Positions 1-7,758 of a DNA stretch of 20,000 nucleotides are shown piece by piece (positions within the stretch are counted from its first letter, which is position 1; every line of letters starts with the position of its first letter). The DNA comes from an uncultured virus (IMG/VR IMGVR_UViG_3300042303_000391). Taxonomy: Duplodnaviria > Heunggongvirae > Uroviricota > Caudoviricetes. The stretch is taken from IMG/VR virus record IMGVR_UViG_3300042303_000391; one strand, given 5' to 3'. The position numbers and the translations under genes were made by a program. The notes under the pieces were generated by a model, which was not told the DNA's origin, did not search any database, and saw only the letters and a program-made list of their open reading frames with translations.

Positions 1-46
1 TAAGAATTGAAAAAGTAATTAATACCCCCACTAAATAAATAATCAA

Positions 47-235
47 ATGAAAGTAGGAAAAATCAAACCATTTGCCTATACAGAGGCAGAAAAAAAAGCT
101 ATTATAAAGGAGTATTGTAAATTTTCTAGTCATACGAGTAAAAAACTATTTTGTAGTATATCGGAGGAGTGGAAGATTAAAGATCTATTAGCAGAAAAAA
201 AAGGGTACATATATAGCAAATTTAAAAAATCTTAA
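47..235 (+). CDS. hypothetical phage protein (62 aa)
   Basis: ORF with A-rich leader, same strand as neighbours; no recognisable motif. Confidence 0.55.
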   Translation: MKVGKIKPFAYTEAEKKAIIKEYCKFSSHTSKKLFCSISEEWKIKDLLAEKKGYIYSKFKKS

Positions 236-309
236 TTAAATAAGTAAAAAATTAAACAATTAAAACTCATAAAAAATTAACTTTATTAACACTAAAAATT
301 AACAAAAAA

Positions 310-903
310 ATGGAAAATTTATTTAACAATTTACAAGCACCAACAGGAGACATTAAAGTAAGTACAGAAAAAGAATGGTTAACTCTTCATTTAGGGGGAA
401 ATATTGTACTACAAAAAGGAAATTTTTCTCAATCATTTACATATTGGGGAAATGTTAGTAAAATGAATTTTAATAACACTAACTATATAACAATGGAAGA
501 GTGTGATTGGGATACACATACTACTATGCTAGGCAATCTTAAAATAGATAGTATATCTAAACTTAGAACTACATTAGAAAATAGTGGGTTAAAAACACTT
601 TCAGATAGTCTTGACTTTAGCACTGAAGAAATAAAAAAAGCTATATTTTCTATTGTTCCTAACTCAACCATCGTAAAAAATGTATTTGGAGAAAACTTTA
701 TATTATGGGAGTCATTAACAGATAATGAAAGAAAAATAATAAAAGTAAAAGATGCAATAGAAAATTACAATGATTACTTTGTCAACAATCCTTATAGATT
801 AAAATATTTAATTGTAAAAGAAGATGGTAAATTAGATGGTGAAACAATACCAACAATAGATCAACTAAATGAAAGATTAAATGACTTATTATTTAACAAT
901 TAA
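310..903 (+). CDS. hypothetical phage protein (197 aa)
   Basis: Long ORF in AT-rich DNA, A-rich leader. Confidence 0.8.
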   Translation: MENLFNNLQAPTGDIKVSTEKEWLTLHLGGNIVLQKGNFSQSFTYWGNVSKMNFNNTNYITMEECDWDTHTTMLGNLKIDSISKLRTTLENSGLKTLSDSLDFSTEEIKKAIFSIVPNSTIVKNVFGENFILWESLTDNERKIIKVKDAIENYNDYFVNNPYRLKYLIVKEDGKLDGETIPTIDQLNERLNDLLFNN

Positions 904-1275
904 AAATCATAAAAAATGAACACAACAATTTTAAACAATCAATTAGACAATTTAGAAAAAGAAGTATCTTTGTATTTTAACCACTTACTTACACAAAAAG
1001 AAGAATTTATTATCTTTGATAAAAAAGATTTGGAAGATGATACTCCCGACAATTATTTAGAAATGCGTAACGACTTTACAGGAGATGTATATGATGTACA
1101 GGCTTTATCTGTAAATAAAAACGGAATAGAAGTTGTAGATACTTCGGGCAGTAATAATATATTCCTTATAAGATTACAAGATTTAGCCAGTACACAAAAT
1201 AGAATTGCTTTGTGTGGACTAATGGAAGATGAAATAAACTATTAAACAATTAAAAATCATAAAAAATGAACACAA
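895..1275 (+). repeat. 31-bp exact direct repeat AACAATTAAAAATCATAAAAAATGAACACAA at 895-925 and 1245-1275; degenerate copies near 255-277 and 1827-1850
   Basis: Direct comparison; each exact copy lies at a gene junction and includes the ATG and first codons (MNT) of the next gene. Confidence 0.9.
916..1245 (+). CDS. hypothetical acidic phage protein (109 aa)
   Basis: ORF bounded by the 31-bp repeats. Confidence 0.75.
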   Translation: MNTTILNNQLDNLEKEVSLYFNHLLTQKEEFIIFDKKDLEDDTPDNYLEMRNDFTGDVYDVQALSVNKNGIEVVDTSGSNNIFLIRLQDLASTQNRIALCGLMEDEINY

Positions 1276-1487
1276 TAGAAAGAAAAAAACAATTATTTGA
1301 AACAGACTATGTAATATGGGATAAAGCCAACGACAATTTAGTTCGTTTTGGTAGTAACGATGATATAGTTATCTATGGTAGCAAAGAAGAAGCAGAAATT
1401 GATTGCTATGGTAATGAATACGTTACTAAATGTACCGATTTGCCCCTACATCATCAAGAAGAATTACTTAATCAGATAAATAAATAA
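1266..1487 (+). CDS. hypothetical phage protein (73 aa)
   Basis: ORF starting inside the second repeat copy. Confidence 0.7.
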   Translation: MNTIERKKQLFETDYVIWDKANDNLVRFGSNDDIVIYGSKEEAEIDCYGNEYVTKCTDLPLHHQEELLNQINK

Positions 1488-1490
1488 GAA

Positions 1491-1835
1491 ATGACAACAA
1501 TAGAAAATAATAAGTTAATAGCAGAGTTTATGGGGGTGCGTCATACCGATGATAGCAAATACCTAGAAACCTTAAAAGAAATGAAGTCAGATGGATTATA
1601 CTTTGAGCAAGGGTATATGACTAGCGAATTACACTACTATACCGATTGGCGGTGGCTTATGGAGGTAGTGGATAAAATAAACAACCTTAATAACTTGGTG
1701 CAGATACATGATAATCATGTAAAAATAGTGAACAATACAAAAAGTGAAGTACTGGTAGATGTTATTGAGGGAAGTATGTTTGAAGCGATTTATTCAGCAG
1801 TAGTAGAATTTATTAAAAATTATAAAAATAATTAA
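1491..1835 (+). CDS. phage protein, possibly Phage ABA-sandwich-like family
   Basis: NKLIAEFMG...YYTDWRWLMEVVDKI resembles that family's pattern as I recall it; not verified. Confidence 0.5.
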   Translation: MTTIENNKLIAEFMGVRHTDDSKYLETLKEMKSDGLYFEQGYMTSELHYYTDWRWLMEVVDKINNLNNLVQIHDNHVKIVNNTKSEVLVDVIEGSMFEAIYSAVVEFIKNYKNN

Positions 1836-1846
1836 AAGCCATAAAA

Positions 1847-2077
1847 ATGACAAAAAAGATCTTAACAGATGGAAACACAAATGTAATACAAATGGGAAAC
1901 TATGTATTTATTCAGAGCAAGAAACAAGTGGTGCATTGCGAACCCCTCAAAACATTTAACTTCAACGGATTTGTGGAGGTGCAAGGACTAGACACGGAAA
2001 GTTTTACAAATAAGTGCCAAGCATACCTATTGAAATTTCAAGAAGAGGGTATTTATAATGAATTATTCGTAAATTGA
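1847..2077 (+). CDS. hypothetical phage protein (76 aa)
   Basis: ORF preceded by a degenerate copy of the leader repeat. Confidence 0.65.
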   Translation: MTKKILTDGNTNVIQMGNYVFIQSKKQVVHCEPLKTFNFNGFVEVQGLDTESFTNKCQAYLLKFQEEGIYNELFVN

Positions 2078-2133
2078 AACAAAAATTAAAGTAATTGCAA
2101 CAAAATTGATAACACCCACCCCTTCAATAATCA

Positions 2134-2141
2134 TATTTTTG
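2134..2141 (+). promoter_or_regulatory. Bacteroidota sigma-ABfr type -7 element TATTTTTG(CA)
   Basis: Matches TAnnTTTG, intergenic, 33 nt before the ATG at 2175; -33 element not clearly spaced. Confidence 0.6.
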
Positions 2142-2174
2142 CACCAAAATTAATAACAAATAAAATAAAATAAA

Positions 2175-2414
2175 ATGGATAAAAGTAAATTGCAAATCGG
2201 AACAGAATTAGTAGCCATCAACCCTTGTTTAATGAGAAGCACTGGCGAAGAAGCACTCGTTGTAGGTAAAGAATACAAAATTAGTTATCTTGACACAGAT
2301 GATGAAGATAATGATTGTATTGTAATAATAGATGAACAAAATGAAGAACATTGGTTTCTAATAGATGAATTGTTCGCTTTCTTTGCATATAAAGGATTAA
2401 AAGCATCTAATTAG
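2175..2414 (+). CDS. hypothetical phage protein (79 aa)
   Basis: ORF downstream of promoter motif. Confidence 0.7.
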   Translation: MDKSKLQIGTELVAINPCLMRSTGEEALVVGKEYKISYLDTDDEDNDCIVIIDEQNEEHWFLIDELFAFFAYKGLKASN

Positions 2415-2438
2415 TTTTATAAATTAAAAATAAACAAT

Positions 2439-2618
2439 ATGGACTTTAAAGAATTTTTTGAAGATTTAGACGAGATAATAAATGGAGGTATATTTAGTAA
2501 TCTTGAAACTGAAAACATAGGAGCATTTATGTCGTTTTTAGATGATGGTAGTATACCCGAAACCCCATTTAGGGTAAGTGATAACAATATTTACCCTAAT
2601 TCCTCCACTATAAATTAA
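2439..2618 (+). CDS. small acidic protein (59 aa, MDFKEFFEDLDEIING...), not in the ORF track
   Basis: Manual translation from ATG 2439 to TAA 2618; fills the gap, A-rich leader. Confidence 0.6.
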   Translation: MDFKEFFEDLDEIINGGIFSNLETENIGAFMSFLDDGSIPETPFRVSDNNIYPNSSTIN

Positions 2619-2650
2619 AAAATAATTAATTAAATTAAAAAATAAAAGTT

Positions 2651-2842
2651 ATGACATTAGATTACAAATTGATTAAAGACATAGAGTTTGATGGTATCAA
2701 CCATAATGACTATCCCGATTATTGTGATGCTTATATTGTAAGAGCAGAATATAATGGAGAAGAAATGACTGAGAATCAACTTAACGAATTAAATAATGAT
2801 ATAGACTTTGTTTATGGAAAGTTAATGGATTATCTTAATTAA
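2651..2842 (+). CDS. small acidic phage protein (63 aa)
   Basis: ORF with DYPDYCDAYI motif; function unknown. Confidence 0.7.
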   Translation: MTLDYKLIKDIEFDGINHNDYPDYCDAYIVRAEYNGEEMTENQLNELNNDIDFVYGKLMDYLN

Positions 2843-2872
2843 ACTTATATTATTAACCTTAAAACTATAAAT

Positions 2873-3106
2873 ATGAAAGTAACAACTTTTGTGATAAGCA
2901 CCGCTGCATTTTTAATTATAATTTTAGCTATTATGTTAGCTATGATTTTAGAAACTACAATTCATTCTCATTCAGAGCCAACTGATTGTAGCTTTAGAAT
3001 ATATGTAGTAGATTCTTCTGTAGAAGTATTTGACAACAATACCTTTGTAGGAAGAGTAGAATTGCAAGGACAATTAGACAGTCTAATGACTGATTACTTA
3101 CAATAA
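2873..3106 (+). CDS. small membrane-anchored protein
   Basis: N-terminal hydrophobic stretch FVISTAAFLIIILAIMLAMIL. Confidence 0.7.
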   Translation: MKVTTFVISTAAFLIIILAIMLAMILETTIHSHSEPTDCSFRIYVVDSSVEVFDNNTFVGRVELQGQLDSLMTDYLQ

Positions 3107-3147
3107 ATTTATAAAGACATTAAACTTAACTATAAACCCTTTAATTG

Positions 3148-3190
3148 AATTACACCTAATAGTATATAATATCTGTTAGGTGTAGTTTTT
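3148..3190 (+). terminator. probable intrinsic terminator
   Basis: AATTACACCTAATAG...CTGTTAGGTGTAGTT stem (two G-U pairs) followed by a T run, intergenic. Confidence 0.65.
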
Positions 3191-3232
3191 AAACTATTAA
3201 CATTAAAATTATTAACCTTAAAAATTTTTAAA

Positions 3233-3439
3233 ATGAAAGATCCAATTTTAACAAACCCCATTGACATTAAATTAGCTGCTTTAGTGGCTCGTAAAAAAGC
3301 TAAAAGCGTAGATAACAACCCTGTTGACCTAAATAAAATCTGGTCGAGTACATTGTCTCCCAATACTAGAAGTGCGTTTACAAGTAGAGGGGATAACTAT
3401 TCTCATATAGTAAAAGTAGATAGAAACTATAATGGTTAA
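3233..3439 (+). CDS. hypothetical protein (68 aa)
   Basis: ORF preceded by ATTATTAACCTTAAAA motif. Confidence 0.55.
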   Translation: MKDPILTNPIDIKLAALVARKKAKSVDNNPVDLNKIWSSTLSPNTRSAFTSRGDNYSHIVKVDRNYNG

Positions 3440-3509
3440 TTATAGTCTTTAAAAAAATTAACTCGTTTAAAAAATAATTTTTAATTTTACACTTAAATTT
3501 AATAGATAT

Positions 3510-3695
3510 ATGTTACAAAAAATAATAAAAAAAGTATTTCCACAAACTCACACTAGAATTTTTGATGAAGGTTATCTAAAGGCAGAGAAAGATGCAAAGA
3601 CCCTTGTACTCACTGATGAGCAGAAAAATTGGTATTATTGGGAACAAGAAAGACAAAGAGAAAGAGCCATCAGAGATACCACTAGAAATTATTAA
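3510..3695 (+). CDS. hypothetical protein (61 aa)
   Basis: ORF, strand-consistent. Confidence 0.6.
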   Translation: MLQKIIKKVFPQTHTRIFDEGYLKAEKDAKTLVLTDEQKNWYYWEQERQRERAIRDTTRNY

Positions 3696-3719
3696 ACCTG
3701 GCAAATAAAATCAAAAAAT

Positions 3720-4193
3720 ATGAATATATTCTATCTGTCTACAGATCCCAAAAAAGCCGCTGAGTATATGTATAACAAGCATGTAGTAAAGATGATACTA
3801 GAATCCGCACAATTACTATGTACCGCTCATATCATTTCTGATGGAGATAAGGCTAATGTACCTTACAAAGTAACTCATAAAAACCACCCATCAGCGGTAT
3901 GGGCAAGGGAGTCCATCTCTAATTACAAGTGGTTGTATAAACATATGATTGCACTAGGGGAAGAGTATACAAGACGTTATGGTAAACAACATTTAACTAT
4001 ATTAAAATGTAGTGATATGCTTAGGAATCCTCCTGTTAATGTAACCAAAACAGAATTAACCCCTATGCCACAATGTATGCCCGATAAATACAAAGTTCCA
4101 GGTAATAGCGTGGAAGCCTATTGGAATTATTACGAAGCGGAAAAAGTTAGTGTAAAAAATGCAAACGAATCTACAATAAAAAGACCTCAATAA
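3720..4193 (+). CDS. pyrimidine-dimer DNA glycosylase / endonuclease V-like protein
   Basis: MNIFYL...KHVVKMILESAQLLCTAH...YKVTHKNHPSAVWAR...PMPQCMP, characteristic of the phage DenV-like (Pyr_excise) family. Confidence 0.8.
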   Translation: MNIFYLSTDPKKAAEYMYNKHVVKMILESAQLLCTAHIISDGDKANVPYKVTHKNHPSAVWARESISNYKWLYKHMIALGEEYTRRYGKQHLTILKCSDMLRNPPVNVTKTELTPMPQCMPDKYKVPGNSVEAYWNYYEAEKVSVKNANESTIKRPQ

Positions 4194-4227
4194 TATAGAA
4201 CCAAACCAAATAAAAAAATTATAAATT

Positions 4228-4377
4228 ATGATACATATAGTATTTAAACTTGAAAAAGAAGATTTATTTAGCAACGGAAAAACATACGAAGGTACTGTTT
4301 GCGAGGCTTACCAACAATGGGAAATAGAATACCCCAATGCAACATTTATGGGGTTGTATATTCATTGTATGAATTAA
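4228..4377 (+). CDS. small hypothetical protein (49 aa, MIHIVFKLEKEDLFSNG...), not in the ORF track
   Basis: Manual translation from ATG 4228 to TAA 4377; fills the gap. Confidence 0.5.
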   Translation: MIHIVFKLEKEDLFSNGKTYEGTVCEAYQQWEIEYPNATFMGLYIHCMN

Positions 4378-4394
4378 TAATAAAAAACTAATTT

Positions 4395-5033
4395 ATGAAA
4401 TTATCATTAAATAAAACAAAATTGTACTATTATGATAGGGATTCACTCACCTTTAAAAAAGGCAAATGGATTAACGGACTATACCTATCTTTAATTTTAA
4501 ATATGCTAATAATAGCAGGATTACTTTCTAATAATGTTTCAGTAAATATGAAATATACTAATATGTTAAGCATATTGAAGCAAAAAGAAAAAACTATTAA
4601 GCATTTAGAAGTAAAAAGCCAAGATAGTGCTACTGAATATACTGATTTCAGAAGAAGTTTGCCCCTTAAATTAACTCTAAAAGAAGAAAAAAGATTGAAT
4701 CATTTGTACTTTACCTATAAAAGTTTAATAGATAAGCATCATTGTCCTCATAACTTATTATGGTATATTGCATTTAAAGAATCAAGATTAAACTTAAACG
4801 CTAAAAATTCTAGTTCTTCTGCTAAAGGTATGTTCCAATTTATAAATGGTACCTGGAATGCTATGTGTAAGAGAGGGGGGATGGATGTTTTAAATAGATA
4901 TTCTGAAGAAAAACAAGTAAAGGTGGCTTGCATTTATCTTGATTTTTTATTTGAAAAATATAAAGATTGGCAATTAGTACATAAAGAATATACAGGTGGA
5001 GTTATACATTATAGACTACCTTATTACAAATAA
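4395..5033 (+). CDS. membrane-anchored lytic transglycosylase (SLT/GH23)
   Basis: Catalytic motif IAFKES, then SSAKGMFQFINGTW and YLDFL; N-terminal TM helix and coiled segment. Confidence 0.85.
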   Translation: MKLSLNKTKLYYYDRDSLTFKKGKWINGLYLSLILNMLIIAGLLSNNVSVNMKYTNMLSILKQKEKTIKHLEVKSQDSATEYTDFRRSLPLKLTLKEEKRLNHLYFTYKSLIDKHHCPHNLLWYIAFKESRLNLNAKNSSSSAKGMFQFINGTWNAMCKRGGMDVLNRYSEEKQVKVACIYLDFLFEKYKDWQLVHKEYTGGVIHYRLPYYK

Positions 5034-5063
5034 ATAAATTATCACCCTTAAAATTAAATTAAA

Positions 5064-5303
5064 ATGACAGAAAAAATAGATAATTGCCCAGAGGGCGGAG
5101 ACGGCATAGTAATTATACCCAAGCCCTCCTACTTGCTTCCAAAAGACTATTCAAGATGTATTTCTGTAGATTGCCCTGCTAGAGATTGTGCTAGGCTACA
5201 AAACTATCTTTATGATAGGCAAAGTGAAGAGCCTATATTAATGTCTGATTTTAGTCAAGACAAAAAAATAGAGTCAAAAGAAGATTGTGAATTTTACCTA
5301 TGA
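5064..5303 (+). CDS. small Cys-rich, possibly metal-binding protein
   Basis: DYSRC-x4-CP-x3-CAR...CEFY; ATGA overlap with the helicase. Confidence 0.65.
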   Translation: MTEKIDNCPEGGDGIVIIPKPSYLLPKDYSRCISVDCPARDCARLQNYLYDRQSEEPILMSDFSQDKKIESKEDCEFYL

Positions 5304-6361
5304 AAGCAGAAGTCCAGGAAAAAGCAGTGAACGCTTTCCTATCCTCTAAAGATAGAAGATCCACTATTGCTCTAGCGGTAGGAATGGGAAAGACAAAGTG
5401 TGCTATTGATATTATTAAACACTATAGAAGTACTAACCCTTATTGTAAAATTTTATTTAGTGGTGCAAGACAAATTTATATTAAAAACTTTAAAGATGAA
5501 TTAACTAAATGGGGTTGTTTGGAAAATAACATTACCTTTATATGCAATAAATCTTTGAAAAATTACAACGAAAAGTACGATTTGATTATTATAGATGAAA
5601 TGCACAAGGAAAAAGATCTTATATTGGAAAATTGTTTGAGACTTATGAGAATAAACCCTGCGGTATCTATTCTAGGACTTACAGGTACGCCAAGCAATAC
5701 CCATGAAATTCACAAATACTTTCCTATTTGTTATTCCTACCTTATCAATAATGCTATTGATAATAATTTATTGAATAATTTTCAAATGGTTGTGGTTAAG
5801 TATAAGATGACTCCTGAAGAAAAAAGTGTTTATGATTATCATCACAAAAATTATTTAACATCTCCATATAATGAATCCTACCCTCCTGAATTAGGCAAAC
5901 TGAAGCAGTTCTTAAATACATTACCTAGCAAAGTGGCTCTAGCTAATAGACTAATTAATGAGAAATTTTCAGATAAAAAGCTACTAATCTATGCAGGAAG
6001 TATTGAGCAAGGTGCTAGTTTTGGGTTTTCTCAATTTAATTCTTCTATGGATAATAAAACTAAGAAGAAAAACTATGATGAGTTCTATCACTCTGAATCA
6101 GGTAGACTAGTAAATGTAGGAATCCTAAAAGAATCCGTTAGTATACCAAATTTAAAGTATGGATTTGTGCTAGGAATAGATAGTTCTCCTTCATCAAAAG
6201 AACAACTTATCGGAAGATTTTGCAGGATAGCAGTACATGAGAAAAGTTTTATATATTTCTTAGTAGCTGAGGGAACTTTAGAAGAAAAGTGGGTGTTGAA
6301 TGGTATGGATAAATTTAAAGATAAGATAGCAGTAGTTAACCTTAGTAAAAATAAAAAATAA
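5300..6361 (+). CDS. superfamily 2 DEAD/DEAH-box helicase
   Basis: Walker A AVGMGKT, IIIDEMH, motif III GLTGTP, motif VI QLIGRFCR. Confidence 0.92.
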   Translation: MKAEVQEKAVNAFLSSKDRRSTIALAVGMGKTKCAIDIIKHYRSTNPYCKILFSGARQIYIKNFKDELTKWGCLENNITFICNKSLKNYNEKYDLIIIDEMHKEKDLILENCLRLMRINPAVSILGLTGTPSNTHEIHKYFPICYSYLINNAIDNNLLNNFQMVVVKYKMTPEEKSVYDYHHKNYLTSPYNESYPPELGKLKQFLNTLPSKVALANRLINEKFSDKKLLIYAGSIEQGASFGFSQFNSSMDNKTKKKNYDEFYHSESGRLVNVGILKESVSIPNLKYGFVLGIDSSPSSKEQLIGRFCRIAVHEKSFIYFLVAEGTLEEKWVLNGMDKFKDKIAVVNLSKNKK

Positions 6362-6362
6362 T

Positions 6363-6677
6363 ATGAAAGAAGAAATGATTAAAAAAATGAATGAAGATAT
6401 GATTTTAGCTGAATGGATCTCTACTCGTCTATACAATAGAGTAGTGTGTATTTTAGAAAAACTTGATAGAAAAATTAATCTTCGTAATGAACAAAATGGA
6501 TATAGAAACTTTTGTTTACAAGATTTGCTTTTAGTAAATTTAGATGAACTAAAAGCATTAAGAAATGTAGGAGAAGTTTCTATTAAAGAATTTGAATTTT
6601 GGCATTCAATAGCTTTAAAAACCAAAAAGCTAGAACGACTATGGCTTGGCGAAGGCGTGGCTACTACAAATGCTTAA
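6363..6677 (+). CDS. stand-alone RNA polymerase alpha-CTD-like (HhH) protein
   Basis: ISTRLYN...LQDLLLVNLDELKALRNVGEVSIKEF parallels alpha-CTD LSVRxxN...LxDL...EDLLKxRNFGKKSLxEI. Confidence 0.7.
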   Translation: MKEEMIKKMNEDMILAEWISTRLYNRVVCILEKLDRKINLRNEQNGYRNFCLQDLLLVNLDELKALRNVGEVSIKEFEFWHSIALKTKKLERLWLGEGVATTNA

Positions 6678-6723
6678 CCAAAGAACTAAATTTTATTAGC
6701 CACATTTTATAAATACCTTGTTA
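6634..6723. mobile_element. attC-like element A (chimeric or degenerate)
   Basis: AAC...GGCTTGGCGAAGG (shared with element C)...GTGGCTA/TAGCCAC inner inverted repeat...GTTA. Confidence 0.6.
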
Positions 6724-6732
6724 GGCAAAATT

Positions 6733-6984
6733 ATGATAAACGAAATAATAGAACAATACGAAGATGAAACATTCTTAAAGGCTGATGGGTTTGATGAAGC
6801 CATTATCGGAGTATGTGAGGACTTTAATGCTCCAGTTAGATTAATATATTCAGTTACAAAGTGTATAGAAATACTTATGAGAGATATGTCAGAAGAAGAT
6901 GCAATGGAGCATTTTAATTTCAATGTAAGTGGCGGTTATGTGGGGGAGAAAACTCCGATATGGTGTTGGGACAATTTCACCTAA
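6733..6984 (+). CDS. conserved phage hypothetical protein (ADGFDEAIIG...FNVSGGYVGEKTP type); cassette 1 cargo
   Basis: ATG 6733 is the likely start; the stop codon is the TAA of TAAC; motif familiar from aquatic phage hypotheticals. Confidence 0.8.
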   Translation: MINEIIEQYEDETFLKADGFDEAIIGVCEDFNAPVRLIYSVTKCIEILMRDMSEEDAMEHFNFNVSGGYVGEKTPIWCWDNFT

Positions 6985-7113
6985 CGGTAGGCTACTTTGC
7001 GTAGTTAACCTTGGTAAAAATAAAAACAATGAATGATTTTGAATCTGCAAAAAATATAAATGAATTATTTAAAAATTAATTTCCAATAAATTAACCAACT
7101 AAAAACTAAAAGA

Positions 7114-7380
7114 ATGAAAAAGCAATTAAATTCTACTTACTTAGTAGCAGAGTATCTAAAGGAAAACAAAAAAAGCTACATTCATGACATGAAAAAAAAA
7201 TGTAAAGCAAACAACGTAGGAGCGAGGGTAATGGCACTAAGGCGTTCATTTGAATGGAAAATAGATACTATTTTAGAGGGGTACAAAGATGGCGTTGCGA
7301 TATGGTATTATAAGTTAGTAAAGGCAAAAAAAATGCCAGAGCAGTACAATTTAAAGCCATTGAATAAAGCTAGTGCATAA
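7114..7380 (+). CDS. putative winged-HTH DNA-binding protein (HTH_39-like)
   Basis: GARVMALRRSFEWKIDT...WYYKL resembles ARIxELRxxGxxIxT...YxL; stop codon inside TAAC of element B. Confidence 0.55.
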   Translation: MKKQLNSTYLVAEYLKENKKSYIHDMKKKCKANNVGARVMALRRSFEWKIDTILEGYKDGVAIWYYKLVKAKKMPEQYNLKPLNKASA

Positions 7381-7505
7381 CGTTCCGAGTATTGCCGCAG
7401 TAGCGGAATTAGAATTACAAAACTTAAAATTAAGAACAAATGTCAAATAGAAAAACAAAAGTTGAACATACCACAGAACCCGCTATTGTCGGCAATACTG
7501 TGTTA
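7378..7505. mobile_element. attC-like element B (128 bp)
   Basis: TAAC-6nt-AGTATTGCCG-CAG-TAGCGG...CCGCTA-TTGT-CGGCAATACT-2nt-GTTA. Confidence 0.8.
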
Positions 7506-7751
7506 GCTGCCGTTAAAATCAAGGACTTACCAAAAGATACCAATTTGCAAGGCATAAAGGTTAAACTACCAAAACATATTTATACTTCTTCAAGTCTGCC
7601 GATGTATGGTATAAAAAATAAGCCTGTGTATTTGCAAGGATGGGTAATGGGTGATTTTTTTGTAAAAACAGACTTGAAAAGCAGTCAAATTTATCCTATG
7701 TTTTGGTCGTTTGTTCCGTCAGATTTTCAAGAATGGGAGGTTGTCAGTTAA
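7440..7751 (+). CDS. hypothetical protein; cassette 2 cargo, start codon inside element B
   Basis: ORF track; the first ~21 codons are encoded by the loop and right arm of element B. Confidence 0.7.
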   Translation: MSNRKTKVEHTTEPAIVGNTVLAAVKIKDLPKDTNLQGIKVKLPKHIYTSSSLPMYGIKNKPVYLQGWVMGDFFVKTDLKSSQIYPMFWSFVPSDFQEWEVVS

Positions 7752-7758
7752 TGGCAGC

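Larger units (their letters stand above)
6332..7026 (+). repeat. 26-bp direct repeat GTAGTTAACCTT(A/G)GTAAAAATAAAAA at 6332-6357 and 7001-7026
   Basis: 25/26 identical; the first copy is the helicase 3' end; the pair flanks two ORFs. Confidence 0.9.

Noticed and set aside
895..1275. 31-bp repeats as a CRISPR array
   Set aside because: Only two exact copies, 350 bp apart, separated by a whole ORF; no cas genes.
2071..2110. Imperfect tandem AATTG(A/C)AACAAAA repeat as an operator
   Set aside because: Short, AT-rich, two copies only; cannot be distinguished from chance.
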